Source: Octopus sinensis (lineage: Eukaryota). From it: DNA of 64,000 nucleotides. The notes beneath the pieces are model-generated. The model was not told the origin of the DNA. It saw nothing but the letters and a program-made list of their open reading frames with translations, and ran no database searches. The DNA lies in the NCBI RefSeq assembly GCF_006345805.1, contig NC_042999.1, forward strand, positions 131,130,001 to 131,194,000, read 5' to 3'. Below are positions 40,081 through 53,060 of the stretch, piece after piece; positions within the stretch are counted from its first letter, which is position 1, and the number at the start of each line of letters is the position of its first letter. A program made the translations under genes and the position numbers.

Positions 40081-41509
40081 GAATAAAATACTTCTAACAG
40101 CATGCCTTTTAATACTGATGTAAAGGCCTTGTTTGGAATGCTGACTAGTTAATGCAGCCAGCTCTAGACAAATATGCAGCATATGTTTCTAGATGAGATG
40201 GAAGAATGTGCTTGATCTGTACATGATATGCAATCATTCACTGTTAAATGTTTGCTGCAAGAAAGTTTTCCATTGCTTCTTTTTTGCTCTTTGTGCTTTA
40301 TTTGCTGATCATATTCAGACTTGCCATTTAGTTCATCTATAATTTGTTGTGGGTTAAGATTCTTTAGTTCCAGATTATCACTTATCAAATAGTTCTATGC
40401 TGAAAAGTTATTCTTTCTTGTTAAAGATGTATTGTATTTCTTATTAAAGATGTATTGTATAGCACAGTCTTAAATACTGTGCTATCCAGTATATCCTTCC
40501 ATTTTAAATACAGTTGGGTGTAATTTAAAGAAGCTTTGGCTACTATTTCTAACAGGTTGAGTCACTGTATATGTATAGACACTTTCTTGTTAACTCTTAG
40601 GGATAAGACTGATTTATAAAATCCAGTTCATTATAAAATTTTATGCTACAGTCAGTTTATGGCATTTATTTCTCGGGTATAATCACATAGTTTCCCAAGT
40701 AATACATTCTAGATCTATTATTGCCACTTTTACAGGTAAAAAATCTATGTACAAAACTTGTAACAAGTTAAGACTTAACTATTTTAGATGTTTATGTGCC
40801 ATTTTGAAATGTTTGTTAGGGTTAATTATTTTGTGTATATTAATGGTTGTAGGAACGATATGGACTGAATAAGATGTGGATCCCTTGACTTGTCTAGATG
40901 GATAGGCTTTTTCCTGCCCATGACAGCTTGGACAGTGGATCTAAAATGAATGATAATGAAATGTTCCAGAAAGCTACATGTCATGCAATTTAGCCATAGA
41001 ATTATGATGTAAAAGTTATGTCTACTAAATTCTTAATTAATTTCAATATTGATTAAAACAAAGACAATGTATTTCAACAGAAATATGGTAACAAAGGGAT
41101 TACAATCATTTGATGAAGTCAGTACTCTCAAGTAATTGTCAATGACTGTCTTTGGAGATAATTAGTCTAACTAAAATAAGAATTTTCTTCATGTAACATA
41201 CATGGGTTAAAGTTGAGGCTTTTTGAGGACCTCTACTTGCTAATGGTTTGTTTTCTTGTACTTCAGCAGCTCTAGCTCCATCTGTGAAATTAGAAGTTTT
41301 CAGCTAGTTTTATTTTTCTCGCAATTTAATATAAATATGGAATTGTTGAAGGATGTTAGACAAAAATTAAAATCAAAATGACTGGGAGTGAGATATTTTC
41401 ATTGTAAGTTATTTCCATTGCTTTAAAACCTCAAATTGTGTTTTACATGTAAGGCAAGCATTATACCTCTGAATCTACCCTTTTTCTTACAACTGGCTTG
41501 ATTGCAGCA

Positions 41510-41512
<3 letters not shown>

Positions 41513-41592
<80 letters not shown>
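41513..41592. repeat. (GA)n microsatellite
   Basis: About 40 GA units with one interruption. Confidence 0.95.
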
Positions 41593-42330
41593 TGTGTTAC
41601 ATTTGTCCTGATGACTTCAGAAAGAATAAGTAAAGATTTTGCTTTTTAGGTTCAATTATTTGATGTTTATCCTCACTGTTTCTTTTGCCACCCCTATTCT
41701 TTCTTTGCCTCTTTCTCCTCCTATGTCTATTTAAGGTGAGTTTTATTTTTAAGTTGTTTGATTAAATCTAAAACTATTTATATTCTCTATGCTGTAATTA
41801 TGTTATACTATTTAATTATTGAGCCTTGTACATATATTATGAAAAAATATTGACATTGTGTAAAATTACATAAGATTAGTAAGTTCACCATTTCTGAGCT
41901 AAAATACCTTGGGCATTTGCCCTCACATTTTACTAAAATTCAGTGCTTGTAATTCAGTTATTAAATGCTGAATTCTGTTTAATTAGACATTGCTTAATTC
42001 AACTAACTTATGCTCATTGCCTGCCTTTTGCCCAAATTTTATTCTTGGTAATCAATCCAATTATCCTTTAATTACCTTTACTAATTTGTTTGAAATTGAC
42101 TTCTTTGTTTTGGATTTTCCCCATATGAGTTGTTTTGCAATTCATTAAAAAGTTTGGCCATTACAGGTTTATTGAGTTGACATTTTGTCTTTCAGATTTC
42201 CAGGGTTAACAAAATATGGGATTAATCTAATCCCATCTTACCTTTCCAAAAGACTCTTGTATCATAGCAAGAAACCATTAAAAAACAAACACTATTTACC
42301 CACAAACCAAATTTTCTAGAAAATCTACTT

Positions 42331-42746
42331 AAATAATAATAATAATAAAAGAAAATATAAAGAACATGCATGATAATCAACATAGCATGTCCTGGTGACA
42401 ATAGGATCAAAGAGAAAGAAGAAAAACTGAACAACTATGATGATTTGAAGTGGGAAATATGAAGGTTGTGGTCAATGAGGAAAGTAGATGTGATACCAAT
42501 AGTAACTGGTGCACTTGAAAGTATCAGCACTCAACTACCAACATAGCTCAGAAAGATTGGTACAAATGTAAAGGTAGAACATCTACAAAAATCAGCATTA
42601 CTTGGAAATGCAAGAATTCTTTGCAGGGTTCTTGAGGCATGACCAATAAACAAGTGTCACCTTAGTCTGCTGGCTAGCTGTGGACAGCTGACACTTTCCA
42701 TCATACCCAGTAAAATAAGCTGAGAGTTTTCTTCAAATAATAATAA
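42331..42746 (+). mobile_element. 5'-truncated R4/Dong-clade non-LTR retrotransposon (restriction-like endonuclease C-terminus) inserted in (TAA)n
   Basis: Frame from 42361 reads RTCMIINIACPGDNRIKEKEEKLNNYDDLKWEI*RLWSMRKVDVIPIVTGALESI...VEHLQKSALLGNARILCRVLEA*; (TAA)n at both ends. Confidence 0.8.
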
Positions 42747-42873
42747 TGATTGCTTCTAATCTAGGTACAAGGCCAGTAATTTGGAGAAAGAGGGTTAGTC
42801 AATTGCATCGACCCCATAATAATAATGATAAATTTTATATAGAACTAGGAAAAAGTGCTGATGTAATGACATA

Positions 42874-43081
42874 CAGGGTGCATCAGAAATACCTCCCACA
42901 TTTTAAACCTTCACCTATGTGTTGCTAATGAATTTATGCAAGTGCCAATGATATTTTAATTTAAATAATGAACAAAAACTGTAACCCTTTGTTTAAATAA
43001 CAGTAAAATTAATTTTTCATAAATGTTTCTTTTTCCTTTTGTCAACCTTACAAATGTGGGAGGTATTTCTGCCGCACCCTG
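42874..43081. mobile_element. Tc1/mariner MITE
   Basis: TA|CAGGGTGCATCAGAAATACCTCCCACATTT ... AAATGTGGGAGGTATTTCTGCCGCACCCTG|TA. Confidence 0.85.
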
Positions 43082-43780
43082 TATATTGAGATAGGAAGAT
43101 GTGCTGTTATAATAATGTGTGTTTATGCATGTATGCATACAGGCAAAACACACCCTCTTCTACTCATTTCCTTTTTTTCTCTGAGAAATTAATATTTATT
43201 TCTTCACTTTCTATTGATTCCAAGTGAAATATTGAAGTTCTGAATTCCGTATTTTTATCAAATTATGATATACATACTAATTATCGAATCATTCTATTTT
43301 AAATTCTATGATATTCGGGTTAAGTTGTCTGAAAAACAGTGGTGTGCTGTAATTAATTGCTGGTTTCTATATGTTAATATGTTTGGATTTGTTATCCTAA
43401 TTAACAACCATTATTTGTTATTTCTCTAGTACACAATTTATAATTATTCTAATTGTGATTTTGAAAAGCATAATACAACAAAGGGTATTATTCTATTTGA
43501 TTTTGCATTATTTGTTTGGAATAACTAGATATCAACACTGAATATTCAGGAAGACTCTTCCTAAATCAGCTAAAAGAAAAATAATGCAAACAAAAAGACT
43601 AATCTTTCTATTTAAAATATTTGTTAATTAAGGTTGTAATAATATGTCATATGGTTAATTAGGTAAAAACAATGCGGCATAACCAGAGCCAAATGGCTGT
43701 AGCCAGTAAAAGAATACTGGGAATACTCTAAATTCAATATTAGGCTTTATTTATCAAAGATTATGAATTTTTTTAATAAA

Positions 43781-43998
43781 CCCTTAAGTATTCAGATTAC
43801 TCTGCCAAATGTAATGGTTATTTATTCACATTGTTTTGAATTAATCAAACATTGTCTTCTAACTTCAGGATTTCAATGATGTGGTTGTTTATTTATTTTA
43901 GAATGGCATTGTAGGATAGGTATCAGAGATCTGATCAGTTTGAACACAAAACAGGCAGAATATTTGGTCCAGATATGGTCAGTTTAAGTGCTAAAGAG
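43781..43998. mobile_element. TTAA-flanked MITE, copy 2
   Basis: Homologous to 34568-34785; ends ...GCTAAAGAG|TTAA. Confidence 0.75.
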
Positions 43999-44175
43999 TT
44001 AAACCAAACTTTCAGGTGCCCAAAATGCAAAGGGTCACATGTTTGTTGAACAGCCAGCCATATTTTCTTTTCTGTATTTCATGATGATCAGAAATGTTGA
44101 TTTTAAATACATATATATTTTTTAAAATTAAATACTTTCTGAGTAATGTTGGTTTTAGAATATTTATTGTCATTG

Positions 44176-44228
<53 letters not shown>

Positions 44229-45899
44229 TATTGTGCCTAATCAACCATATGCTTTTGATTGTATAATTACAACTTCAACCTGTTTATCTTATTTAAAACA
44301 CTCCTTCATTCCAGACACACATATAACCAATTAATTCATAGTGCACTATGTAGCAATTTTTTACCTTTTTGTGGCAGTACTGGGAGTGGATAAGTCTAAA
44401 TGTAAGCTATATCTTTTTTGATAAACATGCAGTTTTAGCCTTGCTGTGAAAAGTAAACTAGTGGTTACACCACTAGCTTTATCTCTTTGTGGGGAGAAAA
44501 ATAAGATTGATCTAACTAGTTTTTAGTCTTTTTAGGCCTTCATCAGAAAAAGAATATGCATTTGTGAGGAGATTAGTAACTTGGTAACTATTTATAGTGT
44601 AGACAATCTAGATTTCTATTAAACTTACCTGCTTAATTTGCATAACAGTGTCTGTGCTGACAGGGTGGATTAAGTCATTCATTCCTAAAGCACTACACTG
44701 TTTTTTGTTGTTTCTTTTGTGGGGTGGATATAATTTGAAACAAAATATACCTTTTTAATAAACACAATTTTAACATCACTGAAAAGTAAATAAAATACCT
44801 CTCTGTGGGCAGAAAAAATTAGAACAATCTGACAAGTCTTCCTTTTTTACACTATAAATAGCTGTAAGTTATTAGTTTCTTTTGGACAAAGATGGGTATT
44901 CTTTCTTTAGGGGCAGTATAAGAAAACTAAAAAACTAACTGGATCAGTTCCACTTTGTTTACTTTTCACAGCAAATCTATATTTGTATGTTTATGGAAAA
45001 GATATATGCTGCATTTCAAATTATACATGTACAAAACATATTTACTAACCTCTTTATATAAATATATGAATATACCTTTTGGACTCTATTTTAGTCGGAT
45101 TTTTTCTAAGATTGTCTTTTATCTGAAACTTTATTTTTCTAATAAAGAATTCTCTTTACAGTTCAATACTATTTAAAAAATACCTTCCTCAATCTGCATG
45201 ATTCATGCATTCAGTTTTATTGCATCTAGAGAATTGTAGTATGCCATTGATCTCTTCTTTCTCATTTCCTCTCTTTGTGTCTTATTTTCTCTTTTCATCT
45301 TACTTCTACACTTATTTTCTTACCTAGTCTAATCATAATTTTTTTACTATTTCATAATTACTGTTAGGTTGCAGTGCTTGAAACTAATTTAATGTTAAGT
45401 TTTATTGTAAAAATTGTAAGCCATCAAATCTCAGCATATTAACTCTAATTTTGGCATGAAATTACCTTAATGTCAATCGACTATGTTTCCTTTTTGCTTA
45501 CTAGACAGCTCTGTACCAAAAGAAATAGCTATTGTTATTCTGTTGATGTAGATCTTGTTTTCATATAACTAAATACAGGGTGGACATACTGGTTTCTTTC
45601 TTAAAGGTTATTAGCAGTTAGTATAAGCAGAATCTAACTTATATTTCAGAGTGGTATTAAATCAATTCAAGTTGTCTACATTGAGCTAAGAAAATGCTGT
45701 GAAAGTCCCACAATTAAGTTACTTTACTCAGCTAATATGGAAAGATAGTTGGAATGACATAATTATAAAGATATATATGTGTATTTTTTAACTATTTAAA
45801 GCAATATAACTCAGAGTTATTTAACAGGATATTAACCATTAGAATCTACAAAATTTTCCAACAATAAGCAAATCTATTATAAAATTCTGGAGTTCTGAA

Positions 45900-46478
45900 G
45901 CCATTGAATTCTTTTAAATATTTTGGGCAGCTGTTTGGTTGTTGAAGACTTTCTGTTGCTGGAAAATACTGAGATGCTTGAAAAAATGGTCATCACTTTG
46001 AGTAAGACCAGCTGATTAAGCTGGATAAGTCAGAATTTCATAGACCATTTCATTCAATTTCTGAAACATGTGGTCAGGTGTGTTCTGTAGTCACAGACAA
46101 TGGCAGTCTTCCTCATTTTCAAGGGTCTCATCTGTGAAATATTGGAATCAGTGTTGAAGTATGCATTTGTTGACAGTCCCGTAGCCAAATGTTTGGTTGA
46201 TATTGTGAGTAGTTTCCATTTCTTTGCATTCCATTCTGAACTCAGGCAGTAAAATTCAGCTTAATTCCTTGATCTCACTCCAAATGATAGCCACTTTTTC
46301 AAGCATCTCAGTATCTTCCTGCAAAAGAAGGTCTTCAACAATTTGCTTTTCTTTCTACTTTAATTTAGCATAGTCAATGAAAATGGAACATAAATTAACA
46401 TAAATACACTGAAATCTATGATTCAAAATAGTATATAACAAAAGTTTATTCCAAAATTATTTTCATACCAACCTGATA
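45900..46478 (-). mobile_element. Degraded mariner remnant
   Basis: Right end tttcataccaacctgata resembles a mariner TIR (TATCAGGTTGG on the minus strand); the left end was not located. Confidence 0.4.
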
Positions 46479-46948
46479 CTAAAAGATAGTTGTCATTGAT
46501 CTTTCTGATCAGCCAAGAAAACTATCTATTAATTGCAATGCTTTTATAGCCTGACATTTAAAAACAAACCTTTAATTTTTAGTCTGTAAAGCCTAACTAC
46601 AATTTTTATAACTCCTGGATAGGAAATAATAGATCTTATTGTCATGAATGAGGTATAAGGGAATCCAAAGATGATGCCAAAAGGTGAAAACTAATCTTAA
46701 TTCATGTAATAGTATCTATCTAGTTACATAATTTACAAGGTTTTGATAGTTATGTTTAACTCATTTTGTATGTTTGCCTTCACTCTTGATAAGTTTAGCC
46801 GTCTTGTGTGTGTGTGTGTGAATGTGTCTTGTTCTCAGCTTGAAAAATGACAAAATAAATTATTACTTCAATCAGGAAACCCTGGGTAGCGGTAGTGAAG
46901 ATTTGTGCTTTTGTTATAACATTAAATATATACACACACACACACACA

Positions 46949-47184
46949 AAGGGTGGCCCAGAAGTAATTGAACCCTGAAAATACAAATCAGCATAACCTT
47001 CATCTTGAGACACTATAGGCCACAGAGTGGCTGTGTGGTAAGTAGCTTGCTTACCAACCACATGGTTCCGGGTTAGTCCCACTGCGTGGCACCTTGGGCA
47101 AGTGTCTTCTACTATAGCCTCGGGCCTTGTGAGAGGATTTGGTAGACAGAAACTGAAAGAAGCCTGTCGTATATATGTGTATAT

Positions 47185-47243
<59 letters not shown>

Positions 47244-47549
47244 GTTTGTGTGTTTGTGTTTGTTCCCCCAACATCGCTTGACAACCAATGGTGGTGTGTT
47301 TACGTCCCTGTAACTTAGCGGTTCGGCAAAAGAGACCGATAGAATAAGTACTAAGCTTACAATGAATAAGTTCTGGGGTAGACTTGCTCGACTAAAAGCG
47401 GTGCTCCAATATAGCCGCAGTCAAATGACTAAAACAAGTAAAAGAGAGTATATGATTCAGCCATCACTATGTTATCAAAAAAAAAAAGGGAGAGTAATTA
47501 GCAATATTTAATAAATTCAATAGGGTTCAGCTACTTTTGGGCCGCCCTG
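46949..47549. mobile_element. Tc1/mariner MITE interrupted by a SINE
   Basis: TIRs AGGGTGGCCCAGAAGTAATTGAACCCT and AGGGTTCAGCTACTTTTGGGCCGCCCTG|TA. Confidence 0.75.
47018..47445 (+). mobile_element. Young full-length tRNA-derived SINE
   Basis: Same family as 39670; retains many CpGs; internal (TA)n; tail aaacaagtaaaagag. Confidence 0.85.
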
Positions 47550-47589
<40 letters not shown>

Positions 47590-50500
47590 GGGAGAGTTTA
47601 CGAAAAAAACAAAAGACGAAGACGGGTGGTGTATAAAACAAACAGATGTTTTAGTATAACGCTCAGGAATAGAAAAAGTCTTTTATGTTTCGAGCCTATG
47701 CTCTTCTACAGAAAGGGACACAGAAAAAAACAAGTAGAGAAAAAAATATATATATACATACACACACACACATATACTTGTATACACATATTCTTGTTGT
47801 CAGGGTTTCTAATGTATTTGTATTTTTAAATATGTGCTGACGTTAGTGTTGCTTATATGTATAATTTGAATATTTATAGGTTTTTAACTTCTAGAATACA
47901 TAGTTTTGTCAAATGTATTTCCCCGCTTTTTTAATTGAATAACTAAAATACATATAATGTAAATAATAACCAGATCAATATTTTAATTTTGACAATATCC
48001 TTTCTAACTACTTTTATTTTGCTTTTTATAGAATTGTCTTCTTTTCTTTCTTTGTGAAAGGTTAATTTTCAGATTTGAAATAATAAAGTTCAGTAAAATG
48101 GTACATTTTTATGCTCAGACTGGACAGTTAAAACTATTTCATGCACAAGGAAACAGAAATTACATAATCAACTTCATTAGCTTACAGTTGTTTCTATTAT
48201 AAGGTGATGCACAAACACTGTAAGCTAATGGAATTATGTAATTCCTGTTCCTATGTTGCTCTATTGATTAATATACAAATACACGTGTGTGTGTTTGTGC
48301 GTGTATTTATATATACATACATATATATATATATATGTGTGTGAGAGAGAGAGATAAGACAGAGTTTATGAGCACCCTTAGGTAGAGAAAAGAAGAGAAC
48401 AGATTCCTTTACAGGAGTCAAATCTTTTATTTGTTGCTTGTTGGGCTACTGTATTACTGATTACATCAAAGAAGTTTGCCTATTCAGTGTGTCATATTAG
48501 CTCCTATAAATAGTTATATTGGCATAAGCAGTACAACTTCATCCCATATCACAATGAAATTCAATGTTCAGCACTGGAGCAAATTCCAAGAACATGAATA
48601 GTAATTAGATGAAATGGCTGTTATTGTGAAGGAGTTTGCTCTACTGTCAATGTAAATTTGATAGATGACAGCTTTGCAGAAGCCTGTTATATATATCATC
48701 GTCAGTTAATGTCTGCTTTCCATGCTGGCATGGGTTGGATGGTTTGACTGAGGGCTGGCAAACCAGAAGGCTGCACCAGGCTCCAATCTTATCTGGCAAA
48801 GTTTCTACAGCTAGATGCCCTATATATATATATATATATATATAAGGTTAATCCAAACGGGAAAACAGAAAAAACAACAACACGTGGAACAATTACAGTA
48901 TTATTATTATTAGGCGCTCAGGAAAATGGAAGAAGGAGGGTATGACGTTTCGAGCGGAGCTCTTCGTCGGAAACATAAGAGAAAGAAAGATCCCGAGACG
49001 GGAGGACAGAGGAAAAAAAATTGCAGGTAGTCTTCACGAGGTCACATACTGAAAAGACGGAAGTTGTAAAAAAGGAGGAAAATGTTTTTTAAAAACAGGA
49101 GAGCTGAATCAAAGAGGGAATGGTAAAAAAGGTGTGCGAGAAAACGAGGGTGTGTGTATGTGTGCGTGCGTGTGTGTGTATGGTGGACAGTGGCTAGTAG
49201 CAGGCAGTAGTAGAGTTAAAGGAGTGTGTGGGGGTACCCTAGCAAGTGAGAAAGGCAGGTCAGAAACAGGGAGGTATGTGTGTGTGCGTATATATATATA
49301 TATATATATATATTTACATACATACATTGGTGGAATATATACAACCTGCATGGATGTTTGTTTGTCACTGCTTTGCAACCAGTGTCTGTTTGTTTATATA
49401 AATAAATATCTAGCTTTGATTGACAAAACCTATCAAAACAAGACCCTAGCATGGCCACTGTCCAATGATTGAATCAAGTAAAGTGAGAAAGAATATGATG
49501 TTTACCAGCACAGCCTAAGACAATATAATAAAGAAAAGTATCCCATGTATGAGAGTTGCATCACATACCCTTTATATGCTAGAGATATGGTAGTGCTTTT
49601 TGCTTATTCCACAAAGAAGATTATTGGCGCTAATTTGACAGTGAGAATTGACAGAATTCTCTTAGTGTGATTGGTAAGGTCTCCCAGCATATGCCACATA
49701 CATGCTTCGGCCCCTGGGACGGTGGGGGTCTGTTCTTGTTCTTGTCTTAAAGTGTTTTCATAAACATCTTTTGTATAATCTATATTTAAAATCTTTGTAG
49801 TATTTTGTGTATACACATACACACATGTATATGTGTGTTTGTGTAATTTCTGTATACATTTTTACCTGTATTTTTTCCTGTCAGTTCTTTAATCCAAAAT
49901 ATCTGATGATTTGCCATTACTTGGTACTGGAATTATTTTAACTATCGTTATAAAAACTAGTTACTTACCTCAGTTGTTTCGCATTTTACATTCAGTTTAA
50001 AAAGTATCAGAGGAAAGTGACATACGTATTTGAGTTAAAATTCAGGTTATTCTTTTCCCATTTTATTCTTAGGAAATTTCAAGAATGATAGAAACTTTAT
50101 GAAGTAACTTGTTAAGCAATTGCATGTAAATGATATCAGATGTTATAAGTACCAATTTGAGACAAAAGAGCAACAGACAGGATGTAATCCTGTTGCTCTT
50201 TCCCATCTATAATTGGTGCTTATATGTTTAATATCAATAGAAACCGTTGCTGCAAAAACAATTCAGTGTTTATGTTTGGTATTGAAGAACTGCAAAAACT
50301 CTAATTATGTTTAACTGTTTACAGATTCAATTTTTGTTTGTTTTAATGTTAGCTGTACTCAAACAATGGTAAAGTTTGATTTATTCAGTTTGTACACAAT
50401 TATTTTATTGTCTTTCATACATCTTGCTGTTATTAAATATAATTTATGCTGCTTTGCATTTTACTCTGATATTTTTTTTTGTTACTCTTTCATTTTTATC

Positions 50501-52886
50501 CAAAACTAATATTACTGAATATATATTTCTGTAAATGTCTTCTTGTTTGGAATTTAAACAATAGTTTGAATAGAATAGAAATATTTAAGTTGAATATAAT
50601 TATTAAATTTCATGAAAGAGAATTTTATTCTATTGAGAATTTAATTTATATTAAATCAAATATGTTCAGCAACTAAATTTTTGTTTTCCTTTTGTTAGTG
50701 TTTGTTGATGTAATTATAATTATCATAGTAGCCTTTTCATAAGTCTAATATCTTTTTTTAATTTGCTCGTTAATATAGGTTGGGTCCATCTTTACATATT
50801 GACAGTGGTTGTTATAATGCTGGTGATATGATATAAGATGCCAACTGATTAGAGTATCTCTTGAAAATATTTTAAAATAAATTACATTTATTACATTTTA
50901 ATTAATGAATTTAATTACAGTATTTAATTTCTGCAAATATTTGATATGTTTTTAATGAGTGTTTCCTATTTTCACAAATACTTGTATTTTAATGTACTTT
51001 ATTCATCAGTTGGCTGTCTGGAGTCTGTGACTATATGGATGACCAATTTCTCTGAGAATATAAACAGCTGGTTCTTAGGATAGCTTACAACAGATTACAC
51101 ACCTGCTTTTTCATGGACTTTCTCAGCCATGTCCATTTTTTTTCATCATAATCACATAATCTATAATCTAGTATCTTGTTCCAGTCTCACAATTTTAATA
51201 TTCCTTACATTTGATCTCTAAGTCTATCTACAACGGAGATATTCAAATGTAAAGGAAACACAAAACAAGTAACAGCTACATCATTACCTAAGCAACAGTA
51301 GTTCACTCTACCATGGAGGCAACATAAATCTTTGTGTGTTTGTACATGTGTTCAATACTGTTTTCTCTCTGTGAGTATGCTTGTTGATATTAGTGTTTTC
51401 CTATTGTATGGTTTCAATATTTAGGAATTTTTTTTAAAATCACAAGTTGAAGAGAAATTAATGGTTGTCCTAATTATGGATTCAGTCATATTTGATTGGT
51501 CTATGCACTCCATATTTTGTAGTGTGGGTTAACTTCTGACTGACATAGAAAATAAGTTAATAGTTAAATCAATCTTAAAAGTAATGGTATGTAATAATAC
51601 CATGGTTATAAGTTACTATCATGATTGCAAAATTCAAACCTAGCCATATATGTTGTTCTATCTTGTAAGTATAGCACATTTCTTGGATTAGTTTCCCAAG
51701 CTAATGCAGTTGAGCAGTTTGTTAAAAGATGATCAAGCTGTTAAAAAATGGTTTAAGGTATATGCAAATGTTTGATTTACAATTATTTTTCTTAATTAAT
51801 CCAAACTGAAATACAATATAATCTATTGGAATTTTGATTTATATTAATATCTATGTTAAAGTGAATTTAAAGAATTTGAGAGTCAGAAGGATTTTTTTTT
51901 AGCATAATAATGTTGCCTGCTATCGTTGCTTTGAAATCTGTTACTATTCTTTGTTGTCAAAATTTTATAAAGATTTAGATTAATCTGCTATAAACAGGCA
52001 TCAGTTTGAGATAATCCATTCTCTTTTGGTTTGGTTATAGTCCTGTTTGTCACAAGTGTAATCATTGAAGAGTTGATGTTAGGTCAGCCAGAGCTGGGGG
52101 TCTTTTTCTCATCTATTAATCAAAGACTCCTTTTATTTTCTTGTAAGAAAGGCTAATCTACTATAAAGAGACATCAATTTCTCTTTAGCTTTTGTCATAT
52201 TGTTCTGTTAGTCACAAGAGGACATTTTGAAGAGTTGATGTTAGGTCAGCTTAAGCCTTTTTCTTTTTAAAGACTCCATTAATGTACTTGTAATTATAGA
52301 TTATTTATAAACTTTATATAGTCTATGCTGTTAAGTTATGTGCATAAAACATTTTGGTTACCAATGGATCGAAATTCCTGTCCTATCCACCCTCACATAT
52401 GGGACAAAGGGAAAATTTAATTTTTATAAATGGGTATCTTATATAGAAAATATTCATTCTGACATAAGCTGTTTGAGGCAAACAGTAGAAGTTAAATACT
52501 GTGCTTTGAGTTTGTGGCTTTTGAAATTCTAGTCTTGTATCTTAACTTTGCTTTCAGTTCTCTCTATCTCTATTTCTCTGTCTCTCACAATGAATGAGAA
52601 GGTAATTGTGTTCAGCGTATCTTAGCAACTGTTAACTTTTTCATGGTGTAGTTTCTGATGTTAATTTAGGAACAGTGCAGGCATTAAAGTAACTGATTTA
52701 GCATGAGCTCTTTTCTGTAATGAGTATTCTGCTTTAATGTAATATCATACAGGACAAAGTAGTAAAACAAGTTTTACTTTTGAATTATGTTCAATATTAT
52801 ATTGTTTTCTATTTTTCTGATATATATATGTGTGTGTGTGTGTGTGAAATAGATTAGCTTCTATGTGTACTATTTGAAATTTTCAG

Positions 52887-53060
52887 AACTGATCCAGTTC
52901 ACTCAGCCAGTATTTGTATCTCGAGAAGACCCTAATTCCCGACTTAACACAATCAAAGAAATCAACAAGAGAGCTCATTCAAAAGGAGCATGGCCACAAA
53001 TTGTTATTTTTCCTGAAGGGACATGCACCAACAGATCTTGTTTGATAGGGTTTAAGCCAG
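52887..53060 (+). CDS. LPCAT: LPCAT exon 4 (acyltransferase motifs II and III: PVFVSR, FPEGT)
   Basis: ttttcag|AA acceptor and CCAG|gtgagg donor; 174 nt, phase 1 to 1. Encodes LIQFTQPVFVSREDPNSRLNTIKEINKRAHSKGAWPQIVIFPEGTCTNRSCLIGFKP. Confidence 0.96.

Noticed and set aside
46795-49472. ORFs rich in YI, CV and HT repeats (also at 22872-23157 and 28575-28795)
   Set aside because: They are translations of (TA)n, (CA)n and SINE sequence.
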